From NCBI GenBank assembly GCA_964019335.1, contig OZ025697.1, forward strand, positions 186,001-250,000: a stretch of DNA of 64,000 nt, given 5' to 3'. The position numbers and the translations under genes are program-made. The notes beneath the pieces were generated by a model. That model had not been told where the DNA came from. It saw only the letters and a program-made list of their open reading frames with translations, and searched no databases. Positions 44,533 to 57,100 of the stretch are shown piece after piece. Source of the DNA: Diplonema japonicum (lineage: Eukaryota > Protista > Euglenozoa: Diplonemea). Numbering within the stretch: the stretch's first letter is position 1; each line of letters starts with the position of its first letter.

Positions 44533-45057
44533 TCGGGCTGACAAATACATGTCTGGACGGAATAAACACCCCGGCAAGAAAAAATCGTCCAGACAATCGT
44601 CCAGACAATCGTTCAGACAATCGTCCAGACAATCGTCCAGACAATCGTCCAGACAATCGTTCAGACAATCGTCCAGACAATCGTCCAGACAATCGTTCAG
44701 ACAATCGTCCAGACAATCGTCCAGACAATCGTCCAGACAATCGTCCAGACAATCGTCCAGACAATCGTTCAGACAATCGTTCAGACAATCGTTCAGACAA
44801 TCGTCCAGACAATCGTCCAGACAATCGTTCAGACAATCGTCCAGACAATCGTCCAGACAATCGTCCAGACAATCGTCCAGACAATCGTCCAGACAATCGT
44901 CCAGACAATCGTCCAGACAATCGTCCAGACAATCGTCCAGACAATCGTCCAGACAATCGTCCAGACAATCGTCCAGACAATCGTCCAGACAATCGTCCAG
45001 ACAATCGTTCAGACAAATTCTCACCGAAAAATTAACTCGAAATTGTCAGTCCGACAT
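44530..45057. mobile_element. TIR-bounded non-autonomous element filled with a 12-bp minisatellite
   Basis: atgtcgggctgacaa (44530-44544) vs reverse complement of ttgtcagtccgacat (45043-45057), 14/15. Confidence 0.7.
44583..45016. repeat. Minisatellite (AATCGTCCAGAC / AATCGTTCAGAC) x ~36
   Basis: Direct tandem array with a single C/T variant position. Confidence 0.98.
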
Positions 45058-45311
45058 CCTTTAATTATTTTTTTTTCTTCTTCTTCTTTTCAGTATTGTT
45101 TTTCTTCTCGTTAATAACCTATTTTATGGTTGCTAACAAGGGAGAGAGAAAATAATAATTTTTTTTTTCTTCCATTTTTTTTTTTTTTTGTTGTTGATTT
45201 CCTTTCATTCCCTTAAAAAAAAGGGGTTTCATTTTTTTCCTTCACTTAAGAAGAAAATACCCCCCCCCCTCCTTCAAATAATTCATTTTTTTTTTTTTGC
45301 TCTAGCAGGGA

Positions 45312-45342
<31 letters not shown>

Positions 45343-45694
45343 CAAATCGTAACGCCCCTACGTCACGTGTATAATACCTAAGTGTAGCCCTTTTTTTTTT
45401 CCTTCTTTCTTTCTTTCTTTCCTCCTTTTTTTTCTTCCACTCTCACTTTATTTATACCTGCCTAGAGACACCCCCCTCCCCACCCCAATAAAAAGAAACT
45501 CAAATCAACCTGCAAGCTCGAAAGCCGCAGTCCTAAAAAGGGGTGGGGGGTATGGTCAATACTAGGTTCTCTCAGTTTTCGGTTAAATCTCGCGACTCCT
45601 CCAGGTTCTGACCTCCTCAGGCGAGAGGCACCCTTCAACGGCTCCTACTAGCGTCCTAGCAGGTTTGGGGAGTACTTTTCCCGACCCACAAGAA

Positions 45695-45726
<32 letters not shown>

Positions 45727-45757
45727 AAGTAGAGATGTCCCGAATAAACGGGTTTAC

Positions 45758-45809
45758 TTAAAAGGGATGCGAAGCCCTTCGCCCGCTACGGATGGGGTTA
45801 CGCGATGGA

Positions 45810-45843
<34 letters not shown>

Positions 45844-47946
45844 GTAAAAGCTTAACACAAAACACAAACCTGCTGGTCCAATTGTTTGCATTTTCCTTCT
45901 GTTGTATTTATGGAAAGACCCGGCCTCTGATCGAGGGGGGAACGAACCATCATGTTCAGATGCAGGCGAGGCTGCGCTCATCCCACCATAGTGAGAAGGC
46001 GCTCGCGATTCGTTCTCAAAAGAATTATCAGAATGCGTCTCAGCACGCATGATAGCAGAAGCAGAATCGGAAGTTGACTTAGCGTCGTTCAGCTTCCTCA
46101 AACGCCTGCCGCGGCCCCTCGACTGCGTCGGGAGCGACGACACGGTAATCTCCTCCACCTCCTCCATGGGGATCAGCATGGGTTCGAACCCGTTTTCCTC
46201 CCCCCACGATTCGTTTTGAAGGCTCAACGGTTCAGGGTACAACTGTCGTTTATAACTTTTTGCAGATTTTCCTCCGATGCTCTTACTAGACTTCCTCACA
46301 TTGACATGATCATATGAAACCTGGGAAGGGCTCACCGAGGAAGCATCGTCGTGTCTGTGCGCATGGTGATCATGTTCAAGAAGAGTCATTTCCTTCTCAT
46401 CGCCATTATCATGGGATGCTTTGTCAGCGTCATGATGACCATGACCATGACCATGGCCTCCATGACTGTGGCCGTGATCGTCGCCGTGCCCGTGGCCGCC
46501 GTGTCCATGACTGTGTCCAACGTTGTGGGGGCTTCCTTCTCGTAGAGTTTTTGTCAGATTAATCAATGAAGGATTTGCTGTTAAAAACACCAATGTGTAG
46601 GTTAACATAGAACGCGGCACAAGATATCCTAAAGGCAGGACGGGCAACATCCATCCTAGCAGCAATGTGGCAGGACCCAGATCCTTTGAAATCAACGGTG
46701 TCAACATGACAAGCTGCCCGACGTAGAAACAGGTTGAGAACGTAACAACCTGAATAATCTTCCGGAACGATGTAGCGGAAGGGCTCGACAGCGAACCGTC
46801 TCCTTTAATCTCGTCCCACGGTGTGGTGGGCGTCCAGGGGCTGAGCTTTTTCGTTGGTTCGATGTTTTTACCAAAGTCAGGGTTGACCTTTAACACTTCT
46901 TCGTGAACGTTAGAACCGTGAAACTTCAGAGTGTAAAGATCAGGATGCACATCGAGCAACGACACAAGTTTGGAAAGCTTCACCTCCAAACGCCACCAAA
47001 GTAGAATAGACAGAATCGGCCCGAATCCTGCAGATACCATCATAGTGATGGCTAGTTTAATATCCAACATGTGTACTAAGTTCATGGTTGCCATTGCTAT
47101 GACGCAGCCCCACACCCATATTGGGACGTGGATGAGCTCGATCATGAGTTCACTGTACAGAAGCTTTATGTACTTACCCATGTCGAAGTGGTCAGTGGCC
47201 TCGGACATGGGTGGGAATTTTTTCGGGGTGGGTTCGCCGCACATTTCTGCGAGCTTCACCTCGTCTTTGTACGCAGATTTCGTGCACACGTACTTGATTT
47301 TGTTAGCGTTCTGCATAATGAACGCGGAACGGAGCAGCAAAACCTTTCTGGCCTCGACGCATTTCGCTTTACCCGTTCGGTCCTCGAGATATTTCCATGA
47401 TGCTAACGTGAATTTCTGATGTTCTTTTATGGTTTTTCCGAATCTGTCTCTCCACGCGAAGCACAGTTGTAGGTAGATACAGTAGGCGATCCCCATGAAG
47501 AAAAGTGCTAAGTGGGCGTATTCGAAAAGGTCCAAGTCAAAACCGTACCCGCAAAGAGCTGATCCTGATGAAGATGACCCTGCTGATGGGGTGTTATCTG
47601 AAGGAGTTGATGGTGTGCTTGAGCAGCTGCCGATTCTGATGCTTGTCAGACCTAGTTCTGCTCCGAGAATGAGGAAGAAGGAAACAACACCTACAAGCAT
47701 CAGTTCGATGTAAATGGCTTCCAGCCCTGCCAGCCTGTAGGGATCTACTGTTTTGTGTTCAATGTAATGCTTCAGAGTCTCCACCAGAACTGTCAGAGCC
47801 ACCACAAAGGCAAACATCGCGAAGACGGTGATCGGATTCTCTTCGACGTTCGTCCCCAGCTCCCACAGCTTCACGTTTGCGCCTAGCGTGGGCCTCGCAT
47901 TGCCGAGCAAGAGGATCGTAAGGGGGAAGAGATAGGTGGGGTTCAT
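45758..47946 (-). CDS. MLO-like multi-pass membrane protein with a His-rich cytosolic tail (one 3' intron)
   Basis: ELMLVGVVSFFL, HLALFFMG and FDMGKYI match MLO motifs; intron containing (CA)n near 45810-45869. Confidence 0.75.
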
Positions 47947-48592
47947 TTTTTTTGTTTTCTTTCTTTTTTCTTTCCCCCCCCCCAACCGTGCCTTTTGAGA
48001 TATAACGGAACAGAGAGAAAAAAAAAAGAGAAAAAAAAAACACATTTCTAAATATATATAAAAAAAAAAAAGGTGGGGTGGAATGGAAATCAACAAGTTT
48101 GGAGGGGGGGGAGAAAAAAAAAAGAAAAAAAAAGAAGAAATAATACCGGTTATAATAGAAAGGGGTTTAAAAAGAAAAAAAGAGGGGGAAAGGATGGAAA
48201 ATAAGAGGAAGGGGAAAAGGCCCCTCCCCCCCTATCCCTCCATTATTCATGTTCCCTCGATTTTTTTGTTCTTTTGGCTCCTTTCTTTTTTTCTTCTTTT
48301 TTTTTTCTTTACAGTAAGAATTGGAGGAAAATAAAAAAATAAAAATAGAAGAGGGATTTTTTTTTTTTTACACGTATTTTTTTTTTTTTTTAATTTTTCT
48401 TAATAGGGTGTTGGCACAATACAAAGAAAAACATCTATAGGAAAAAAAAAAAAGAAAAAGAAAAGAAAAAGAAAAAAGATAGGTAAGACAAAGGATTAAC
48501 AATAGGAGGGGGAAAAGGGGAGGGAAACAATCTAGAACTTTTTTTTTTTCCCTAAAAAAAAATCAGAAGAAAAAAAAACTCTCCTCCCTTCT

Positions 48593-49799
48593 TCACCAAG
48601 CACCATACTCCTGCCTTGCGATAAGACGAGCAAGCGCAGAGTCGTCAATGTGCGGGCGGACCTGCGGGGCACCACCGATGAAGGAAGAAGGACGTGGGGG
48701 AGCAACGAGACCAGCAGGCAACCCTGCCACACCACCCATAGGCCGACGGAGTCCGTGCAGAGAAGGCGCAGGTGCAGGTGCAGGGACACGGTGGTGAGGA
48801 CCAGGTACATGCGCAGCAGCACCACCGTACCCACCAAGCCTGTCGAGCCCTTGAAGACCATGAACAGGCAACGCACCCGGGTAAGCAGGCCTCTGTGGAA
48901 GCATTGCCCGTTCATCTCTGTACATCCCTGCCAAGTGGGCCGGGTTCCTAGCAACAGGTACTTGCGGTGCCAAAGGTGCAACCAATGGTGCCTGCGGTGG
49001 CTGGAGCATCGCCCGTTCCTCCCTCTGTACCTGCTTGACCTTGTTCATGTTGAGAGGGGGTACTGTAGGCTTCTTCTTCTCGATCTTCGCTCGAACTTCC
49101 GCAGGGACCTCGTCTCGTGTGGGCCTGTCGCCAGACAGCCTCGGTGGGGGGATGGTGTCCTTCTTAACGTCCTTCTTCTTAGCCTCACGCTTCCTCTCAG
49201 GGATGAGCCTTGCCTTCACGAGCCCGTCTTGTCCGTCAAGGCGTACAGGCTTCTTCTCCTCCTTAGGTTGGGGGTTTGCAACGGGCTCCGCGGGTTTCGG
49301 TTGTGCGGGGGGGTCGGCAGGGGGGGTGATCCCAGGTGCCACCACCTTGGCGGGTACTTCAGAAGGAGCCGCTGAGACCTTAGCCACCTTGGCCTCGATC
49401 TTCGGTTCCACCTTGGTTTCGATCTTCGGCTGCTCCACCTTGGCAGGCACCACAACCTTCGCACCGTCGGCCACAGCTATCCCCTCCTTCATGGCGAACT
49501 TCATGGTGGCCACTTTCTCCACCACAGGCACCTTTGGTGCCACGTTCACGGGCTCGTCCTTCTGTGCCTGTTTTTTTTTCTTCTTTTTTTTTTCTCCCTC
49601 TTTATTACCTTAAAGGCAGCGTTCATCCTGGCAGCCCTCTCCGCCAATTGGCACTTGATGTTTTCCTGTTGTTTTCTTTTTTTTCTTTCCTTTCTTCATG
49701 TCCACATACATCGAACTTTGCCTTCGTGTTGGGGGTCAGCTCCGACAGAGGGAGGTTACCTTTGTCAGCGAGGGGCTTCCTGTCGCACACGGTGGACAT
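48593..49799 (-). CDS. Pro/Ala/Lys-rich hypothetical protein (two introns)
   Basis: ATG 49799 splices in frame into ORF 48593-49549; ends DDSALARLIARQE. Confidence 0.7.
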
Positions 49800-49956
49800 C
49801 TTTTTTTTAAGGGGTTTTTTTTTTTTTCTTCTACAAAAAAAAAACTGAAAGAAGGGTTTTGGCAAAAAGGGGGGGAAATCTTTATAAAAGAAAAAAGAGA
49901 ATCTATAAAAAAAAAAAAAAAAAAAAGGGATAAAAAACAAAAAAAAATTTTTTTTT

Positions 49957-51451
49957 CTAAGAGTCAGACGAGTCTCCATCATTTGAGTGAGGGGAGCCAC
50001 TACGGGGAGGCTCAGCAGGCAGCGCCTTGGGTGTTTGGGGTATGGTGTAACCAGCATCAGGGTCGGCAAGGATGAGCTTGGCGGTGATTGTCTTTACGGC
50101 TTGCTTCTCTGCAGTGAGCTCAGATTGCGTGATCTTAAGTTCCTCTTCAAGGGATTTGATTTTGGCCTTCAGTTGCTGCTGCTTGCTTTGCAGGTCAGCT
50201 GTGTCGAGTGAGCTCTCCCCTTCCCCCTCTTCCATCTTCTCCTTCAGTTCCGCCATAAGTGCATCACCGTCCGTTTGCTCCTTCTCTGCCTTCTCATTGA
50301 TATCCATCACTTCCGCCCGGTCTTCAGCCATGACCTTCTTCCCCTTCCACACGGCCTCCTCCTCCTTCAGCTTCTTTGTCATGTATGAGATGATCATCTC
50401 CTTTGTCAGCATCGACAGCTTCTGAACCTCCTGCAGCTCCAGGCATAGTTTTTTCAACTCTTCGCTGCACGCTTTCCTTGCCGTTGCTACGCTGTTCTTG
50501 GACGTCTCCAGCCGTAAGGGTTGGTTGTCGAGCTTTGCCTGTTTTTTTTTTTTAAAAATCTTTTTAAAAGTTTTTTTTTACCCCCTCTCCATACAATGGA
50601 CGACTTCATTTTCTTTATGGCGTCGTTCTTCTGTTTCAACTCGTCAGCCAGTTCCGATAACAAACCTTCTTTGTTCGCAAGCTCTTCCTGTGGGGGGGGG
50701 GGGGGGTTCTTTTTATATAAAAAAGAGAAGAAAAAAAAAACGATACCTTGTGCAGCGATTTCGCAATATCAATGGACCTCACTGGTGCTGCTGTCTTGGC
50801 CCGTTTCCTCCTGGGCGACGAGATGGCCAAGGGTGCAAGGTGTGAGAGTTCTTCCTTCAAGGCTGTCAAGGCTTCGTCGCTTTTGTTGAACACATCGTTC
50901 GCTGAGGAGAGGGTCTCATCACCTTCGTCAACCGCCTGCGTGAGCCGTGAGGTCAACGAAGAGGAAGCAGCTTCAAGGTCGGCTGAGAGAGAAGACAAAT
51001 GTGCTGCGTTATCGGAAGCTGCAGCTTCTTTTTGTACGGTAAGCTCCTTAACGGCGGCCTGTTTTTCTGCAATCTTCCCGTTCAAGGCTGACAGGGTCTT
51101 TTGTTTGCCCCCCAGCTGAGAGTTCACGGTGGCCATCATGATGGTCTCAAACTCCTCCATCCCCTTTATCGTGCTCTCCATCTCTACGGCCTTCTTCTCC
51201 TTTGCGCTCCACGTCGCCTGCGTTGAATTTCTCTTTGCAATAGCTGCTTGCAGCAAGCCCTCCGCGGCTTCCATCTCTTCCCTGCTTCTCTTCAGCTCAG
51301 CCCGCTTTTCCACTACATTCGACTTCATTTCGTGCACCTGGAACTCCAACCTCTCCTTCTCCACTGTACACATGTCAGGTGGTTGCATAGCCGTTGGTTG
51401 GCTTTGTTCCGCCTTCTTGGGTTCCTCCAAGGGCGAGCTGCTGTACGGCAT
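49957..51451 (-). CDS. Coiled-coil hypothetical protein (multi-exon)
   Basis: ORFs 50636-51451 and 49957-50457 are linked through short GT-AG introns. Confidence 0.7.
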
Positions 51452-51550
51452 CTTTTTTTTTTCTTCTTCTTAAACGCTCTGGGGTGAAGTGAAATTAACA
51501 CACACGAAACAAAAAAGAAAATGCAGGGGGGGAGGGGGGGTATAAAAGTA

Positions 51551-51734
51551 TCAATTCTCAGGCAATGGTCTTTTTTTTTGGTTGGAAAAAAAAAAAAAAA
51601 AAAAAATACCTTCTGCAAACGGGGCACTCCATTTTATGCTGCATCCACTCAATCAGGCACTCCGGATGGAAAAGATGCTCACATGGAGGAAGCATGTAGT
51701 TAGTGGAGGAATTGACATCGATGAGCGACTGAAT

Positions 51735-51794
<60 letters not shown>

Positions 51795-52060
51795 GCTCTC
51801 CTCCCCCTTTTTTTCCCGATAGTTTACCTGGCAAATAACACAGTCAAGCGTGGCCCCGGTTTCCTCGGAGACCGTAACGCTACGCTTTCGCGTCCCTTCG
51901 GGTGGGGTGGACGTAGGTGTGGATATAGATTGGATCTGCTTCAAATGCGCAGGCAACGGCCTGTGGTAGTTGTACGCCTCGGTCAACCACCACTCAGGTA
52001 CAAAAAACGTAGGCCCCAACAAACGCTGAAGCGCAACCACTACACTGTATATGGGTGTTT

Positions 52061-52092
<32 letters not shown>

Positions 52093-53645
52093 CAAAAAGA
52101 TTTTACAAACGTTTGAAACCCCAACCACAACACCAACGCCACATAAAGCCACGGCTGGGCGTTGTACGGAGAAAAGAACGTCGGCCGCAACAACTCGTTG
52201 CCCACAAAATACAACCTCGACACGAAGGTGGTCACCAATAGCGACCTTTCAAAAAAAAAAAAAAAAAAGGGTTTTTTTTTTTTAAAAGAAAATAATATTA
52301 CACTTAAATACACATACATATTAATCGGCTTCGTCGCTTTGCACGAAGCAGTTTGATAAATCTGAGGCAGCCAAATGCTGTGGATCACAAACAAACATGG
52401 TATCCACAACACAGGTATTCGATTTTCTGTCGCCCACCACAGCAAGTTCACCGGAAAGGATAGGATAGGAAGTACCCAGATCTTCATCCGAGACCTCCCA
52501 AAAGAAGTGCTTGCCTCAAGTGCGTTGTACGCATGCCTGGCACAAAGATGAAAAATTGCCGCGTGGAAAAAACAAATCCCGAGAACAGGACGGAGCAAAA
52601 CAGGCATTCTATCCATCATCGACCAATGCACACCAGCAAGACTCCATTCCAAAACACCAATATTCAAAAACGTGACCCAGCTCAGCCTGGCAAGAGTTGA
52701 CTGTGTTCTCGCGTACAAGGCTTGCCTGTACATTCCAAATGCATGAGCGACAGTGACGACCAACCCCCCCAAAAGGTACATTGTTGCAGAATCGGCTTCA
52801 GCGGCAAAACTATCATGCGAAACCTCAAGGATAATTGTTGAGTTGCATGTCAAAGACACCAGGCTTCCTTGCAACGCGTAGCTTGCAATTTTTTGAGTTA
52901 AAGTCAACGGTGATGCGAACTGGTCCGATCTCTCCACTCTCAACCCGCCCATCCAGACGCAAGAATCTCTCTCCAACTCTTGGTGCGTTCCTTCCCACAC
53001 CTTTTCTCTTAGAACGGATCTTTGCTTAACGGAATCGTCGCTGGGCATGGAGTACATTTCACCGTCTTGCGTCTTCGCCCACATTGACACGTTTCGTGTA
53101 AATTTTTCGATCGAGTACGACGCAGCAAGAAACGACCGTGTTGTTTGGTTCTTCCTGATGTAAGGGTTTCCTATAAGATGCTGCAAGCCGATGGGAACAG
53201 CGTAGATGAACAGAAGAGACGAGTCTTCATTGAGATACCCTCTTGCTACATACCGTCTGTGATACGTGGCTGTTCGGAGGGTGAGGTGGCCTTTTATTAA
53301 TGAGGTTTCGTTTGGCATGGCGGTGAGGGTCATTTCTGCCACGCCAGGGTCATTGCTTTCGAGCACGTAGTTCAGGGTTCTGGTGGTTGTGTTGTGTTCG
53401 GGGCTTTCCGGTTGGCTAGTGTAGCCGAAGGAGTTGAAGCCTTTGTCCAGCCTTGCGTTCAGAGCCGCCCTGTCTGCGCCGTCTGGTTGCCTCTTCCACA
53501 CCCCCACCATCGCCTCATTGGTCACATTCCTCTCCTTCCCCTTTTCCTTAAACACCGGTCTTCCAAACACATTGTCCAGGCCTTCCACGCTGTTTAGCAA
53601 CAGCAGCACCGTTATCCATACCCTTTGTGTTCCCTCTGTTCTCAT
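51551..53645 (-). CDS. Transmembrane RING-H2 E3 ubiquitin ligase (Tul1/Dsc1/FLY-like), multi-exon
   Basis: Signal peptide, multiple TMs, SIWLPQIY, QRLLGPTFFVP..YNYHR, CVIC...PCEHLFHPECLIEWMQHKMECPVCR..LP. Confidence 0.88.
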
Positions 53646-54183
53646 TGGTCTCGCATTTGGCGGATATATTCTTTTTCTTTTCTTCTTTTCCTCTTCCTTC
53701 TTTTTTTTTTATTGCCTTCCTTTTTTGTTGCGCATGGAGGGAGGGGGGGGGGGGGGGGGGGGCAAGCTTTGTAAAGAAAAAGAGATAAGAATGCAACGCG
53801 CACATAAATAAGTAAATAAATAAAATTCTATGGTCCTTGCAAGAAGAGCAGCGACCAAATGAGGAGGGGGAGGTCGTGTGTGGGAAAACAGAGGGCAGAA
53901 AAGAAACATGAAGGATGGTTATACAGATCCATTCAGATCCCATGTGAAGGGGAGAGAGAGAGAAGGGGGGGGGGGGGGGGAGCAAAGGACAGATTCACAT
54001 TGAAAGAAAAGCTATTATTCTAGAATGAAAAAAGGGGGGGGGGGTGAAATACAGGGGATCTAATAATCGAGAACAGAATGCTCGTTCTCTTTTTTTTCCT
54101 TGACAAAAAACTGGGGGGAGAGGGGAAGAGGAGAGCAACGGGGAATTTTATGTTACTTTCTTTTCTCAATTCTCTTGCTGTGT

Positions 54184-57100
54184 TTAACGGTGAAGAGCCT
54201 TGTGGTGTGGAGCCTGTTTTATATTTGTACCCCCCCTCTTTTTTTTTAAAAAATTTAGGGGAAAAAATCTGCCAAACCTGGTTTGTTTCGTATTGCAGTT
54301 TCCTCGGCTGCTGTTGCATGTTGTAATGAGTGTTTGTCAAGTCTCGGCCCATTCTCTGTGAGTTGATTTGTGTCCATCCCTTCAAAACCGCTGGCATACC
54401 TTAGGACTCGGTGTACCTCCTGAGAGCATCAGTACTGAGCTCGATAGACTGGAAGAAGGAGACGAAGGTGTGCGTCTGTGTTGAATTATTGCCCTGTGTT
54501 CACTACCATACTTTCTGTAATGTCCACGGGAAACTTCCCTTTCTCTTTCCGGAGAGGGTATCGTGGCAGAGACCACCACAGGACCTAAGGAACGTTGGGA
54601 CTTGCCGCGGCTAGAGACAGATTTATCTGAACACGTGCTCTTCCCGCTCCCTCTACGCTGTGCTGCGTAACCTGACTGCTGTGTCGCAGAGTGAGGTGCA
54701 GCCCCGCTCACCATGAGCCCTGCCTGCACCCTCCTCTGCTCGACAGGGGACAATGCCCTGCCACTGTCTGATCTCACCGTCGCCGGGGATGTCTGAGGGG
54801 GGAAAGCGTACTGCGGTGGTGGAGCGTGTTGCCCTGTGCGTTGTGTCGGCTTGTTGATGCTGAGCTTGCTTTGCGGTGGCATGGCGGGCTGCTTCATCAC
54901 CAGAGGTGGTTTTGCCATATTCTTTGCCTGCAGCACAGCAAGGTCTGGCCGCGGGTCCGGCGGCGACAAGCTCACCGCAGCGAGAGGCACCGTTTTCTCT
55001 GCAACCGGCGGAGACAGCCAGGCCCTGTTCTCCTTGGGAACGCTGTGCGTGGACCCTGCATCCCCTGACGAACTCATTCGTGTCGAGGAACTCACGGTGC
55101 CGTCCGAGCCACGTCTCGACACCACGTCACGCTTCGCCAGCAGCTCTTCTCCGTACTCCAACTTGGCACGCAAGTCATCGCCCTCCTTCTGCAGCCTTTC
55201 ACCCTTCTCGACTAGGTCCACCACCTTGCGCTCCTCCTCCTGCCTGGCGTGTTGCGAGTCTTGTAAAGCCTTCTTCAAGAAGGCCACCTCGTCCTCTAAA
55301 CGCTGTACAACCCCTTCCAGATCTTGGACCTTAGCTGACTGGTCTTCGTCGTATGTCTCGCTCTGGCTGGCAAGAAGTTCTTGCTGCAGCTGCACCTGCT
55401 CCTGGCTCTCTACAAGGCGTTGCTCCGCAGTCGCGAGCTTCTTCTCCAAGTCGGGCACGCTGTTCTGAGCCTCCGTGAGGGTCGTCTCGACGTCTGCGAG
55501 TTTCTTCTGGAGTGCCGCGACCATGTCCTCCGCCTTTGAGCTCCCCCTGCTCAGGGCGTCTTCCGCCTCAGCAAGCCTCTCTTCAAGCTCCCTCTCACTA
55601 CGCCTCTTGCCTTCGCGCTTCAGGTATTGGATTTCCCTTTGCAGTTGGTACGACTTATGCCTCTCCTCCTGGATGATCCTGCTCCTGTCATCGGTCAGCT
55701 CCTGCAGCGCTTGAATCCTCTTGTGCTTTTCTTCCATACGCTGTCTGTTTGCGATGATTTCCTGCTGCAAAGCATTGTAATCCTTGGATTTGGACTCCAG
55801 CGCCTGCCGCAGCAACGCCATGTCGTCGCCACCCCTCCCCACCATAGAGGGCGTTTGCAGCGACCTGCCGCTCTGCGACGGTGTGGGCTGTCTTATCATG
55901 TTGGACTGCGGTTGCGAGGCAAGGTCGCTCTCAGCCTCGGCAATCTGTGACAGCTGTTGTTTGGCTGCCGCTAGCTCATCGGCCATGAGTTCTGTTTGCC
56001 TCGCCACGTCCTGCTCTGTGCGGTGCCATGCCTGCAGGAGGAGCCTCATGTTTGCAGTCGTGGTGCCGATCAGCCTATGCTCTAGACTGCGAGGTGACAC
56101 AGGCGGCAGAACGGCGTCCGGTGCCGCCCTTTTCAGTTCCGTCTCCACAATGCCATGCAGTGCTAGCGCATCTTTCTTTGTCTCGCTGTTCACGTCGTCG
56201 CGCGACTGGAACGAAGCCGCCACAAGCCTCAGCTGCGACGCCACCTCCATCACTGTTTCAGAAACCTTGGGTTTCTCCTTCTCTAAGTTGTCGGCTTCGA
56301 ACTCTTCTGACGTACTAGATGCCGCCTCCACGCCTGCCAACTGCTTCAGGTCCCTCACTACTGAGAGCAGCCCGGTCACAGCTCTACTGGCATGCACCTG
56401 ATCACCGCTTTGTGATGAAAGTTCTTTCTCAAACATTGTCACTGTGTTTTCCAAGTGCGCAACCTTCTCGCGTGCTGCGTATAGTGCACCTTCCTTTTCC
56501 GTGCTGCTGCTGCTGTTGATAGCAAGCGTCTCCTTCAACGAGTGCAGCTCGCCGTTCAGCATCCTGCACGCCCCGTCCTTCTCGTGGTACTTGGCAACCA
56601 TGTCCTGCTGAGAGGCCTTCTCTGCCTGCAATGCCTCTTCTAGCTCGTGCCTCCTATCCTTCTGCATCCCCAGCTCAGAGAGGGTGCTTTCTAGCTTCTG
56701 CTTCATGACACACACTTGATTTTCCTTGTCTTTCAAACTCATAGTTGTCTCCCGCAGCTCGTTCTGACTTACACGGAGCTCATTTTGTTGCGCGTGGGCA
56801 TGATCTTCGTTCTCGCGGAGAATGACCTCGGAGTTGCGCAACTTTGCCTGCGTGTCGGACAGCAGCCTTTGGTGCTCTTGTAGCTCTGCCTCAAGTGCTG
56901 CGATCTCCTCCGAAGGGGGCAACGGGCCGCACCTGTTAACCACCTCCCCGTACAGATGCTGGAGGTCGCCTCGTGCCTCGCATTTACGTATCATTTGCTC
57001 GATGGTCATGTCGGGCGGCGGCAGGTAGGTTGGTGGAGGGATCTCAAAATTGAGCAACTTCTTAAAGTCTTGAATGAGCCCTGCCTGCTGCAGTCTAGTC

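Noticed and set aside
44435-45064. ORFs with SGRL/NRPD/DDCL/SSRQ repeats; possible CRISPR or telomere
   Set aside because: A stop-free 12-mer opens several frames; there are no unique spacers and it is not TTAGGG-like
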